Positions 1-7,702 of a DNA stretch of 33,442 bases are shown here, in pieces. Source of the stretch: an uncultured Eubacteriales bacterium (lineage in GTDB: Bacteria; Bacillota; Clostridia; Oscillospirales; Acutalibacteraceae); NCBI GenBank assembly GCA_934630995.1, contig CAKTXU010000001.1, positions 1-33,442 of the forward strand. The letters are read 5' to 3'. Made by a program: the position numbers and the translations under genes. Position 1 is the stretch's first letter. Every line of letters begins with the position of its first letter. Below the pieces are notes generated by a model. It was not told the origin of the DNA. It searched no databases and saw nothing but the letters and a program-made list of their open reading frames with translations.

Positions 1-34
1 CGTCAAAAGTGGGGAGTATTCCTTACTTTTGTTT

Positions 35-81
35 CAGCTTGTCAAAGAAGTCCGGCCTTGCCGGACTTCTTTGACAAGCTG
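35..81. repeat. Perfect inverted repeat forming a long hairpin (21-bp stem, 5-nt loop)
   Basis: Read directly: cagcttgtcaaagaagtccgg (35-55) is the exact reverse complement of ccggacttctttgacaagctg (61-81). There is no adjacent T-tract, so it is not called a classical terminator. Confidence 0.8.
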
Positions 82-112
82 AAAGGCCCCCGAACATCGG
101 GGGCCTTTTGTT
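82..112. terminator. Rho-independent terminator-like hairpin, possibly bidirectional
   Basis: aaaggcccccga (82-93) pairs with tcgggggccttt (97-108) around a 3-nt loop. The GC-rich core is followed by ttttgttg on the + strand. It lies about 20 nt beyond the stop of the minus-strand gene ending at 131. Confidence 0.6.
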
Positions 113-130
113 GCCGCAAAGGCGCGGGAC

Positions 131-649
131 TCATTTCACATAGTGGCCGATATCGAGAATAACGTGGCCGTTCTCATCGGGGGTGGTGAAACGGGGACAG
201 CCGTACCGCTCAAAAAACCACCAGGAACCGTCCTCCTCAGGCGGAATTTGCCAGCCCTTTTCTTCCAGGGCCGCGGCGCAGCGATGCTCCTGTCCGTACA
301 GCTCTCCCTCCGGCCCCTTGAGCCAGCACACCCCCAGGGTGGAGGCGGGGAAATCGACGGAGCCGAATCCTTCCGGAACCGCCGCCCCCTCCGGGTAGAA
401 CATGCCGATCCAATATTCGAAGGGCTCCCCCTCCTTGTAGCGCATCATGCCCAGATAGGCGTCCCCATCCTCATAGACCGCTTTGCCGCTGCCGAGCGCC
501 TTCTCCAGCGCGTCGAACCAGCCGTTTTGGAACCATTGGCCCCACTGGACGCCGAAGCCGCCGTTCACCCGGTCGCCGTCCCCGTACTTTTTGCCGATAA
601 AGCGCAGCGCCGGCACCTCCTGCCGATAGACCTTCACAATGTCCGCCAT
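131..649 (-). CDS. GyrI-like / AraC-effector-binding-domain small-molecule binding protein (172 aa)
   Basis: ORF 131..706 was trimmed to the ATG at 649 (MADIVKVYRQEVPALRFIGKKY...), which is preceded by GGAAAGGGG. The sequence pattern (RFIGKKY..., YWIGMFYPEG, VCWLKGPEGELYG) is typical of GyrI-like/Cass2 effector-binding domains. Confidence 0.7.
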   Translation of the reverse strand: MADIVKVYRQEVPALRFIGKKYGDGDRVNGGFGVQWGQWFQNGWFDALEKALGSGKAVYEDGDAYLGMMRYKEGEPFEYWIGMFYPEGAAVPEGFGSVDFPASTLGVCWLKGPEGELYGQEHRCAAALEEKGWQIPPEEDGSWWFFERYGCPRFTTPDENGHVILDIGHYVK

Positions 650-718
650 GTTTTTCGCCCCTTTCCGTTTATTCTCCGGTCTGCCTGTGAATCCCCAGGG
701 GGCCACAGGGTGTTATTC

Positions 719-747
719 AGTATAGCATGGGCGGCGGTCGGATGCAA
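719..747 (-). promoter_or_regulatory. Putative sigma70-type promoter for the GyrI-like gene
   Basis: On the minus strand: TTGCAT (747-742), a 17-nt spacer, then TATACT (724-719), about 70 nt upstream of the ATG at 649. Confidence 0.45.
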
Positions 748-967
748 GGGGAAAGTGAACGTTTGTTCAAAAAACTGCCTCGCCGTCGGCCCTATCCGAC
801 AGCCGGACATCGGTGGACGGCCCGGCCGGTATCGGCCGTATATACGGTCGAGCTTGTTTTCCGGCGGAGATTGCTCCACCCGTCCCCAAATGACGTTTAC
901 CCGTCTGCCCGCCGGCCCGGTCAAGATGCAGGGGCGATATCGATTTTGTACGAATGGGAACCATTGT

Positions 968-2830
968 TCAAAACAGAGGGTAGCGCTCCACCCGGATATC
1001 CTCCGTCTCTGTTTCCGGGAGCAGATAAGCCTCGAAGCGGCGGATGCCCGGCTCCGAAAAACCGACGGGGCTTTCCCGTGTGTCCCAAATGGTCAGCCGG
1101 ACGGCCTTGGCGGTGACGACGGGGAAATGATGAACCACGATCTCCTCGTCCAGTCCCCAGCGGATCCGCCCGATATCCCGCCAATCCCCTTCTCTGTCGG
1201 CATACGACAAGCTGTATTCCAGGATCCGCGCCTCCAGCCGCTCCTGAATCAGAAGGCAGTTGAGCGCGGTGGGCTCCCGGAAGGAAACCTCCAGATATTC
1301 CCCGGGCTGCCAGTCCTTCCGTGCGTTCCAGAAGGTATCCGGCTTTCCATCCGTGGCCGACGGGGGCATAAGAGCCGGCACCGGTCTGCCGTCCTCCAGC
1401 CAGCTGCTGGAGGCGGAGACTGTCTGCCCGCAGAACAGATCGGCCTCGCAGACGATGAGGGACGAGGGCTCCTCCACGGGGGTATGGCGTTCGGTTTCCA
1501 CCGTCAGGCCGGCGGTGGAAACATGCGGGAGCTGGAGGATCTTGACATCGGCCCAAAGCTCGTCTCCGGCGCCGCAGGTCGCGAAGGGCTCCCCCTCCGG
1601 TATGTCCGATAACCATATCTTGGTGGACAGACCGGGCCGGAAAGCCAGCATGGAGAGGACGCGGGGCGAGTCCCAGGTGTAGACGGCCGTCTGACGGTAG
1701 CGCACATAGGCCTGTCCCGTCTCCTCCAGCTTCAGCAGGCACTGCGCCTGTTCGCCGATTTGGCCCGGAAGAAAGGCGCGCTCGGGATAGCGGAGGCGGT
1801 CATACAGCCTGTCGAGAATGGGATCCAGCGCGGCCTCCTCCTCCGGCAAGACCTCCTCCAGGCCCAGAATGACCTTTTCCCGTATCCGGTCGAGCCGATC
1901 CTTCATATCGTCGCGGGCGGCCATCTGGCGCATGGTATCGTATTTCAGCATCAGGTTGCGCAGGAATCCAACCTTTTCCGTGATCCGCTCCCAGGCGGGA
2001 AGGCAGTCCGCGAGTCCCGGCACCCCAAACCGCTCGTCGAGATAGCGGAACCGGTTTAACAACCCCTTTTTGTGTTCATGGAGAAAATGCATGGAACGGA
2101 ATTCAAAGAAACCGAGAGTATCCGTTGCCTGGAGGTGCCGGAGAAAGCAGCGGGCGGCGTCCAGCCCGTATGGACCCGGCTGAACGTTTCCCAGAGTGAA
2201 ATACCCCTCCCCCCGTTTTCCGACGCTTTGCCGATATTCCTGTAGCCGGCGGGTGAACCGCCGCAGGGAGAAGGGGTAAGGCCTCGGGCTTTCAAGGGGC
2301 CGCAGCCGGAAAAAGATAGGCGGCTCGTGGTAAAAGTTGTGGTCGAACAGGCGTTCATAGCCTTCCCTGACCTCCTCAAAGGAATAGCGGAGCTTCGCAA
2401 GCTGGCCGCGCTTGTCCATCGCCACGGCCAGAAAGGTTTCGGTTTCCCTATCATAGCCATACAGCAGGGAATCATGTTCATAATGCCGGGTTTGATAGGA
2501 AGTGCTTGTGGAGAGATAGAACTCGTTCAGAAACAGATAGGCGTACCGTCCGTCCTGCAGCTGGGCGGTCAGCTCTTCAATGATGTCCCGTATCCGGTGG
2601 TGATTGACGGTGCTGCGATCCAATACATCGTGAATCGGAAGGGCGCCGGTAAGCCCCTCATAGCCGAAATGGACGTCCCAGTAAAGGTAGATGTTGACGA
2701 AATTTTCATAATACCAGCCCTCCAGCGCAGGCGAGGTGCGCAGCGCGCACAGAGGCAGGGCCAGATACAGATAGGTTTTGATATCCTGTTGGAGAACCAG
2801 CGGCAGCTCAACCCGGTCATCCGCTCTCAT
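968..2830 (-). CDS. Hypothetical 620-aa protein with a C-terminal discoidin (F5/8 type C)-like domain and an uncharacterised N-terminal two-thirds
   Basis: Long ORF with coding-like composition and an AAGGA about 11 nt upstream of the ATG. The C-terminal segment FWNARKDWQPGEYLEVSFREPTALNCLLIQER...YSLSYADREGDWRDIG...AVRLTIWDT matches the discoidin/galactose-binding-like pattern. No N-terminal signal peptide is visible. Confidence 0.75.
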   Translation of the reverse strand: MRADDRVELPLVLQQDIKTYLYLALPLCALRTSPALEGWYYENFVNIYLYWDVHFGYEGLTGALPIHDVLDRSTVNHHRIRDIIEELTAQLQDGRYAYLFLNEFYLSTSTSYQTRHYEHDSLLYGYDRETETFLAVAMDKRGQLAKLRYSFEEVREGYERLFDHNFYHEPPIFFRLRPLESPRPYPFSLRRFTRRLQEYRQSVGKRGEGYFTLGNVQPGPYGLDAARCFLRHLQATDTLGFFEFRSMHFLHEHKKGLLNRFRYLDERFGVPGLADCLPAWERITEKVGFLRNLMLKYDTMRQMAARDDMKDRLDRIREKVILGLEEVLPEEEAALDPILDRLYDRLRYPERAFLPGQIGEQAQCLLKLEETGQAYVRYRQTAVYTWDSPRVLSMLAFRPGLSTKIWLSDIPEGEPFATCGAGDELWADVKILQLPHVSTAGLTVETERHTPVEEPSSLIVCEADLFCGQTVSASSSWLEDGRPVPALMPPSATDGKPDTFWNARKDWQPGEYLEVSFREPTALNCLLIQERLEARILEYSLSYADREGDWRDIGRIRWGLDEEIVVHHFPVVTAKAVRLTIWDTRESPVGFSEPGIRRFEAYLLPETETEDIRVERYPLF

Positions 2831-2979
2831 GTATATTCACATCCTTTTTCTTCATTGTTCAATTCCACTATACAAGTGATTTTTCCACCCGTCAATGATT
2901 TTGCCGGTAAATGAAGAGGTTTGAAACGGATTTATCCGATGGGAAACGGTTGAACGCATCATGAAGCAGCTTAAGGATA

Positions 2980-3013
2980 GAAAAACGCGGCCGGACTGTC
3001 GGTCCGGCCGCGT
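2980..3013 (-). terminator. Rho-independent terminator downstream of the UDP-GlcNAc 2-epimerase gene
   Basis: acgcggccggac (2985-2996) pairs with gtccggccgcgt (3002-3013). On the minus-strand transcript the stem is followed by TTTTTC (complement of 2980-2985). It lies about 40 nt past the stop at 3051. Confidence 0.75.
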
Positions 3014-3050
3014 GAGGCTGTCGAAAAACCCGGACGGTGGCCAGGCTTTT

Positions 3051-4148
3051 TCACAGGGTTTTCTCCAAAATATCCGCAATCCTCCGGCAGGCGAAGCCGT
3101 CGCCATAGGGGTTGGAGGCGCGGCTCATCCGGGCATACTCCGTTTCATCCTCCAGCAGGCGGCGGAAGGTTTCGTAAATGGTCTGTTCCTCCGTTCCCAC
3201 CAGCTTGAGTGTTCCGGCCTCGATGCCCTCCGGACGCTCCGTAGTGTCCCGCATCACCAGGACAGGCTTTCCCAGGGAGGGCGCTTCCTCCTGAATGCCG
3301 CCGCTGTCGGTCAGCACCAGATAGCTGCGGGCCAGGAAATTGTGGAAGTCCAGGACATCCAACGGCTCGATGATCCGGATCCGGCCGTCATTGCCCAGTA
3401 TTTCCGCTGCCGCCTCCCGGACCACGGGATTCATATGAATGGGATAGACCGCCTTGGTATCGGGATGCTCGTCTATGATACGGCGAATCGCCCGGAACAT
3501 CTGGCGCATCGGCTCTCCGAGATTTTCCCGCCGGTGGGCGGTGATGAGGATGAGGCGGCTGTCCGCCGCCCAGGTAAGCTGCTCGTGGGTATAATCGGAG
3601 CGGACGGTGGTTTTCAGCGCGTCGATGGCCGTGTTGCCCGTGACGTAAATGGTGTCGGGATTCTTCCCTTCCCGGACGAGGTTTTCCCGGGACAGGGCGG
3701 TGGGGGCGAAATGATAGCGGGCGATGATGCCCACCGCCTGACGGTTGAATTCCTCCGGATAAGGGGAATAGATGTCATAGGTGCGCAGGCCCGCCTCAAC
3801 GTGCCCCACCGGTATCTGCAGATAATAGCAGGCCAGGGCGGTCACAAAAGTGGTGGAGGTATCTCCGTGAACGAGCACCACATCGGGCATTTCCGCCGCG
3901 AGAACCTCCCGAATTCGATTAAGTATGCCAGTGGTCACGTCAAACAGGGTCTGCTTGTCCTTCCTGATGGACAGGTCGTAATCCGGCGTCACCCCGAAAG
4001 CCTCCAGCACCTGATCCAGCATCTGCCGGTGCTGTCCCGTGACGCACACAACGGTCTGCAGGGAAGGGCGGCCTTGCAGCTCCTTCACCAACGGACACAT
4101 TTTGATGGCCTCGGGGCGTGTCCCAAAGACCAGCATGACTTTTTTCAT
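3051..4148 (-). CDS. wecB: UDP-N-acetylglucosamine 2-epimerase, non-hydrolysing (WecB/MnaA family)
   Basis: MKKVMLVFGTRPEAIKMCPLV..., HGDTSTTF, DSGGIQEEAPSLGKPVLVMRDTTERPEG are hallmark WecB motifs. GGAGCGGAGG lies just upstream of the ATG. Confidence 0.95.
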   Translation of the reverse strand: MKKVMLVFGTRPEAIKMCPLVKELQGRPSLQTVVCVTGQHRQMLDQVLEAFGVTPDYDLSIRKDKQTLFDVTTGILNRIREVLAAEMPDVVLVHGDTSTTFVTALACYYLQIPVGHVEAGLRTYDIYSPYPEEFNRQAVGIIARYHFAPTALSRENLVREGKNPDTIYVTGNTAIDALKTTVRSDYTHEQLTWAADSRLILITAHRRENLGEPMRQMFRAIRRIIDEHPDTKAVYPIHMNPVVREAAAEILGNDGRIRIIEPLDVLDFHNFLARSYLVLTDSGGIQEEAPSLGKPVLVMRDTTERPEGIEAGTLKLVGTEEQTIYETFRRLLEDETEYARMSRASNPYGDGFACRRIADILEKTL

Positions 4149-4194
4149 AGACCTCCGCTCCTTTGCTCACCCGCGTCTGCCGGGCGTCCGCGCC

Positions 4195-4223
4195 ATTATA
4201 GCACAGATGCGGCGGAAAAACAA
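4195..4223 (-). promoter_or_regulatory. Putative promoter for wecB (extended -10)
   Basis: On the minus strand: TTGTTT (4223-4218), a 17-nt spacer, then TGcTATAAT (4203-4195), about 45 nt upstream of the wecB ATG. Confidence 0.55.
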
Positions 4224-4251
4224 GGATCCCCTGCCGCCGCATACCGGCGGC

Positions 4252-4289
4252 AAAAAAAGACGCCCGCTTGATTGCCGGGCGTCTTTTTC
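4252..4289. terminator. Bidirectional rho-independent terminator (ends the TetR transcript)
   Basis: aaaaaagacgcccg (4253-4266) pairs with cgggcgtctttttc (4276-4289). There are A/T tracts on both sides. It lies about 35 nt past the TetR stop at 4323. Confidence 0.75.
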
Positions 4290-4322
4290 GGGCATACTTT
4301 TCACAGTCGACCGTGATACGGC

Positions 4323-4910
4323 TCAGGCGGGAGATATGGCGATCATGGACTGGAGAACACCCTCCAGCAGTGCCTGCGACTCCTCCCGGATGCGTGCGAG
4401 GCTGTAATTTTCCTCATAGCATTTATCGATATACGCCCACAGGCCGTTGCAGATAAAAGCGGCAAACTGCTTGCTGCCGAATCGCTGTACCAGCTTGCGT
4501 CCCGTCCGCTCCACCAGCTGTTCCACCTTCTGAAAAACATAATTATAGAAGGAGTAATACAGGTACGGATTGCGCCGCTGGGACATCTGCCGCAGGAACC
4601 GGGTATTGCTTTCAAACAGATTGAGGATACAGTCCAGGAGATTGCAGTATCCCTTCCGGGCGTCGTCCTCCGGATTGTTCTCCCTTTGCAGCCGGTTGAA
4701 ATCCTCCACAGCCACCCGCAGCAAATCCTGAAACAGGTCCTCCGCCAGCTCATATTTGTCCCCGTAATGGGTGTAAAAGGTGATGCGGCTGATATCCGCC
4801 GCATCACACAATGTGGTGACGGTGATCTGATCGAAGGTCTTTTCCCCCAGCAGGCGGACAAGAGCCTGCTTGACGGCTGTTTTCGTTTTCCGGATCCGCC
4901 TGTCTTCCAT
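4323..4910 (-). CDS. TetR/AcrR family transcriptional regulator (195 aa)
   Basis: ORF 4323..5141 was trimmed to the ATG at 4910 (MEDRRIRKTKTAVKQALVRLLGEKTFDQITVTTLCDAADISRITFYTHYGDKYEL), the canonical TetR N-terminal HTH. No good RBS is seen, so the start is uncertain (alternatives 4970, 4994, 5030). Confidence 0.85.
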   Translation of the reverse strand: MEDRRIRKTKTAVKQALVRLLGEKTFDQITVTTLCDAADISRITFYTHYGDKYELAEDLFQDLLRVAVEDFNRLQRENNPEDDARKGYCNLLDCILNLFESNTRFLRQMSQRRNPYLYYSFYNYVFQKVEQLVERTGRKLVQRFGSKQFAAFICNGLWAYIDKCYEENYSLARIREESQALLEGVLQSMIAISPA

Positions 4911-5055
4911 TTCAATTAACCGTTTCTTTCTCAAAGGCCGGGTGATGCATACAGCGCCCCATCCCGGCATGGAAAAACGTTCCAGCTTATACATTTTCCA
5001 AATTTTGTATGGGTAATTTACATTTTCCATCCTGCTGTCGTAGCAGCGTCCACGC

Positions 5056-5083
5056 TTGTATATTACTATAATCCATGTATAAA
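5056..5083 (+). promoter_or_regulatory. Putative promoter for the DegV gene
   Basis: TTGTAT (5056-5061), a 16-nt spacer, then TATAAA (5078-5083), about 50 nt upstream of the ATG at 5132. Confidence 0.4.
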
Positions 5084-5131
5084 TATCTGTCAACCCGCCG
5101 GAGCGGGCACAGCGAAAAAGGAGCGAAATCG

Positions 5132-6019
5132 ATGAATCCATTTGTACTCAGCTGCTGTTCCACGGCGGATCTGACGGAGGAGCATTTCTGCCGGAGGAAC
5201 ATCCGCACCATCTGCTTTCATTTCTCCCTGAACGGCAAGCAATATCCCGACGATTTCGGAAAATCCATATCCTTTGATGATTTCTACAAGGCCATGGCCG
5301 ACGGTGCCGAGACCAAAACCTCCCAGGTGAATGTCGAGGAGTTTATCGCCTACTTCACCCCGTTTCTCCAGGAGGGGAAGGATATCCTTCACGTGTCCCT
5401 GTCCTCAGGGCTCTCCGGGGTGTACAGCGCGGCGAACACGGCCAAAATTGAGCTGGAAACAAAGTTCCCCGGCAGAAAGATTTATATCGTGGATTCCCTG
5501 GGCGCGTCGTCCGGCTATGGACTGTTCATGGATAAGCTGGCCGATCTGCGGGATGCGGGCATGGGCATAGAGGGTTTGTACGAGTGGGCGGAGGAAAACC
5601 GGCTGCGGCTTCATCATTGGTTTTTCTCCACCGATCTGTCCTATTATGTCAAGGGCGGCCGGATATCCAAGGCTTCCGGCTGGTTCGGCACCATTCTCAA
5701 AATTTGTCCCCTGCTGAACATGGACGACAAGGGACATCTGATTCCCCGGCACAAGGTGAGGGGCAAGAAGGCCGTCATCCGCGAAATCGTCGAAAAGATG
5801 GCGGAATACGCCGACGGCGGTACGGATTACGACGAGAAATGCTATATCTCCAACGCCGCCTGTTATGAGGATGCCCGCGCCGTCGCGGAACTGGTGGAGG
5901 CCCGGTTCCCCAAGCTGAACGGCCGTGTGGAAATCTATTCGGTCGGCACCACCATCGGCAGTCATACCGGTCCCGGTACCGTGGCACTCTTTTTCTGGGG
6001 AAATGAGCGGCATGGGTAA
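5132..6019 (+). CDS. DegV family fatty-acid-binding protein
   Basis: ORF trimmed to the ATG at 5132, preceded by AAAGGAG (5116-5122). MNPFVLSCCSTADL..., SSGLSGVYSAA, YIVDSLGASSGYG and GTTIGSHTGPGTVALFF are DegV signatures. Confidence 0.9.
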   Translation: MNPFVLSCCSTADLTEEHFCRRNIRTICFHFSLNGKQYPDDFGKSISFDDFYKAMADGAETKTSQVNVEEFIAYFTPFLQEGKDILHVSLSSGLSGVYSAANTAKIELETKFPGRKIYIVDSLGASSGYGLFMDKLADLRDAGMGIEGLYEWAEENRLRLHHWFFSTDLSYYVKGGRISKASGWFGTILKICPLLNMDDKGHLIPRHKVRGKKAVIREIVEKMAEYADGGTDYDEKCYISNAACYEDARAVAELVEARFPKLNGRVEIYSVGTTIGSHTGPGTVALFFWGNERHG

Positions 6020-6602
6020 GGAAAAGCTCGCCAAGGCCGTTCGGGTGATCACGGTGCCTCCCCTGCTGGTCTGTCTCCTGCTTATCCTGCTGTACGGTAC
6101 CCGTCCGGGCCTGTTTTCAGGTCCCTTTCAGCTGGCGCTGTCCCTGCTGTTCCTGATGGGGATTCCCTTGCTGGCCTATCCGCTGGCCGCCCTTCTGCCC
6201 TTTACCCGGGGTAAGGGGCGGGAGGGACAGCGAAACCTGGCCTTTGTGCTGAATCTGGCGGGCTATACGGCGGCGGTGGTTTACGGCCTTGTCCTCCGGG
6301 CCTCCCGGGGCCTGCTGCTGGTTTACGGGACCTACTTCCTATCGGTGACCGTCCTGCTCCTCCTCAACAAGGGCCTGCATATCCGGGCCAGCGGTCATGC
6401 CTGCAGTGTGGCCGGGCCGCTTATCCTTGCCAGCTATTTTCTCGGCTGGTTCGCCGTTCTGCCCTGCGCCGCGGTGTTTGCCGCCGTGGCGTGGGCGTCC
6501 CTCGCGCTCGGCAGGCACAGCTGGAAGGAGCTTGTCGCCGGTGCCTTGACCGCCGTGGCGTCCTTCGGCGTCAGCCTGCTCCTTCTCTCATTTGCGGGCT
6601 GA
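6003..6602 (+). CDS. Small polytopic membrane protein, possibly PAP2-like (function uncertain)
   Basis: The protein is strongly hydrophobic with about 5-6 predicted helices. The start (6003 or 6012) overlaps the DegV stop, suggesting coupling. ASGHA and GRHSWKE faintly resemble PAP2 motifs, which is weak evidence. Confidence 0.6.
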   Translation: MSGMGKEKLAKAVRVITVPPLLVCLLLILLYGTRPGLFSGPFQLALSLLFLMGIPLLAYPLAALLPFTRGKGREGQRNLAFVLNLAGYTAAVVYGLVLRASRGLLLVYGTYFLSVTVLLLLNKGLHIRASGHACSVAGPLILASYFLGWFAVLPCAAVFAAVAWASLALGRHSWKELVAGALTAVASFGVSLLLLSFAG

Positions 6603-6612
6603 AACGCGCGGC

Positions 6613-7485
6613 TCAGGTGAGCCCGGCTATCTCCGGATAGGCGGCCAGCAGCTTTTCATTGGCGGCTTCCATCTGCCGGATATAGGCGGCATAGGAGGGG
6701 CTCAGCCGCTTCATCGCCGGAATGAAGATATCGTAATAGCCGCTGGCGCTGTTGAACTCCTTGAGAAGGGTCTGAAGCCTGTACGGCGGCGTCTGCTTGT
6801 ATTCCTCCGATTGCTTGATGGCCAGATACTGCGTCAGCATTTCCTTGTTTTCCGCCAGAAATTGCTCCGGATTTTCCAGGGACCGCTTTGTATCTTCCAG
6901 CATCGTGTTTATGGCGTCGATGCCGAGATGGCTCGTGTTTTCCACCAGATATGCCTGCAGATCCGCGGGGAAGCGCAGCGGCGGCATGGTGTCGAGGAAC
7001 GTGAGGATGTCGTCATAGGCCGCCCTTTGTTCGGCGGTTGTGATAGGCTCGCCCAGAAAACGGGCGAAATGAAGACAGATGAACCGTCCGTAATAGCCCG
7101 GGAAAGCGGTCAGCAGCCTCTCCGCCACCGTCTCCCCCTGTTCGAGCGCCGTCAGAGCCTCCTTGATCCGGGTATAGTCCTCCCCGGCGCCGAGCTTGCC
7201 GAGGAGCTCCTTCTTCGACTGTTCCTGCCGGATATGCAGCGTCAGCCGCACCGCCAGTGCCTGCAGCGCGGTTTCCGTTTCGTCGGTCAGCACGGCTTTG
7301 ATATCCTCAGTCCCGAGTCCCAGCCGGCGTAAAACCGCGGCTTTATACAGCCTGCTCACGTCCTCTTCGCCGAAATCCCTGTATCCATTGTCCAAAACTG
7401 CCGGTTGAACCAGGTTTTGTGCGATATAATAATCGATGGCTTTTCTCGTCAGACCGGTTTCTCTCATGGTTTCCTTCAGCAGCAT
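6613..7485 (-). CDS. MerR family transcriptional regulator with a long C-terminal domain
   Basis: MLLKETMRETGLTRKAIDYYIAQNLVQP...GYRDFGEEDVSRLYKAAVLRRLGLGTEDIK is a MerR HTH. The ATG at 7485 is preceded by GAGGTG with 6-nt spacing. The ORF-track start at 7494 is a GTG inside that RBS. Confidence 0.88.
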   Translation of the reverse strand: MLLKETMRETGLTRKAIDYYIAQNLVQPAVLDNGYRDFGEEDVSRLYKAAVLRRLGLGTEDIKAVLTDETETALQALAVRLTLHIRQEQSKKELLGKLGAGEDYTRIKEALTALEQGETVAERLLTAFPGYYGRFICLHFARFLGEPITTAEQRAAYDDILTFLDTMPPLRFPADLQAYLVENTSHLGIDAINTMLEDTKRSLENPEQFLAENKEMLTQYLAIKQSEEYKQTPPYRLQTLLKEFNSASGYYDIFIPAMKRLSPSYAAYIRQMEAANEKLLAAYPEIAGLT

Positions 7486-7596
7486 GCTTATCACCTCATT
7501 TCTATCATAAACCGATCCGCAGGGGGCGGGTCAAGCGTAATTTTAGATAGACCGGTAGGCAGCCGTCCGGCATATTTTGTCCGGCCGCCTGCCTTT

Positions 7597-7625
7597 TTTA
7601 CCGGTTTTTGGGTATACGGTATAAT
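7597..7625 (+). promoter_or_regulatory. Putative sigma70 promoter for the sugar-phosphate isomerase gene
   Basis: TTTACC (7597-7602), a 17-nt spacer, then TATAAT (7620-7625), about 78 nt upstream of the ATG at 7703. Confidence 0.5.
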
Positions 7626-7702
7626 GCGGTTGATTTCCCCGGGGGTTTGTGCTATGTTGAAGAAAAACCGCCGCAATGGCGACGGATAAAGGAGAAGCCG
7701 GT

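Noticed and set aside
836-847. 12-bp perfect palindrome CCGTATATACGG
   Set aside because: It is isolated and short, and it does not sit in a useful position relative to the putative promoter at 719-747. It is plausibly chance, and I cannot assign a function.
634-1116. Small ORFs in the 650-967 gap (96 aa, 65 aa, 129 aa)
   Set aside because: They have no RBS and a non-protein-like composition. The region is better explained as the promoter and 5' leader of the GyrI-like gene plus the 3' flank of the 620-aa gene.
143-1612. 489-aa + strand ORF
   Set aside because: It runs antisense across two well-supported minus-strand genes and the gap between them. It is Arg/Pro/Gly/Leu-rich and low-complexity, which is typical of the shadow frame of GC-rich coding DNA.
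2961-4271. 436-aa + strand ORF
   Set aside because: It is the exact antisense shadow of the unambiguous wecB gene and has no recognisable motifs.
4911-5141. N-terminal extensions of the ORF-track calls for TetR (to 5141), DegV (from 5075) and the dehydrogenase (from 27486)
   Set aside because: The extensions lack family similarity, and the two at 4911-5141 overlap the divergent promoter region. Internal ATGs give canonical N-termini, with good RBSs for DegV and the dehydrogenase.
5405-7332. 215-aa minus-strand ORF (5405..6052) and 246-aa plus-strand ORF (6592..7332)
   Set aside because: They are antisense to DegV and MerR respectively, with no RBS and no family resemblance.
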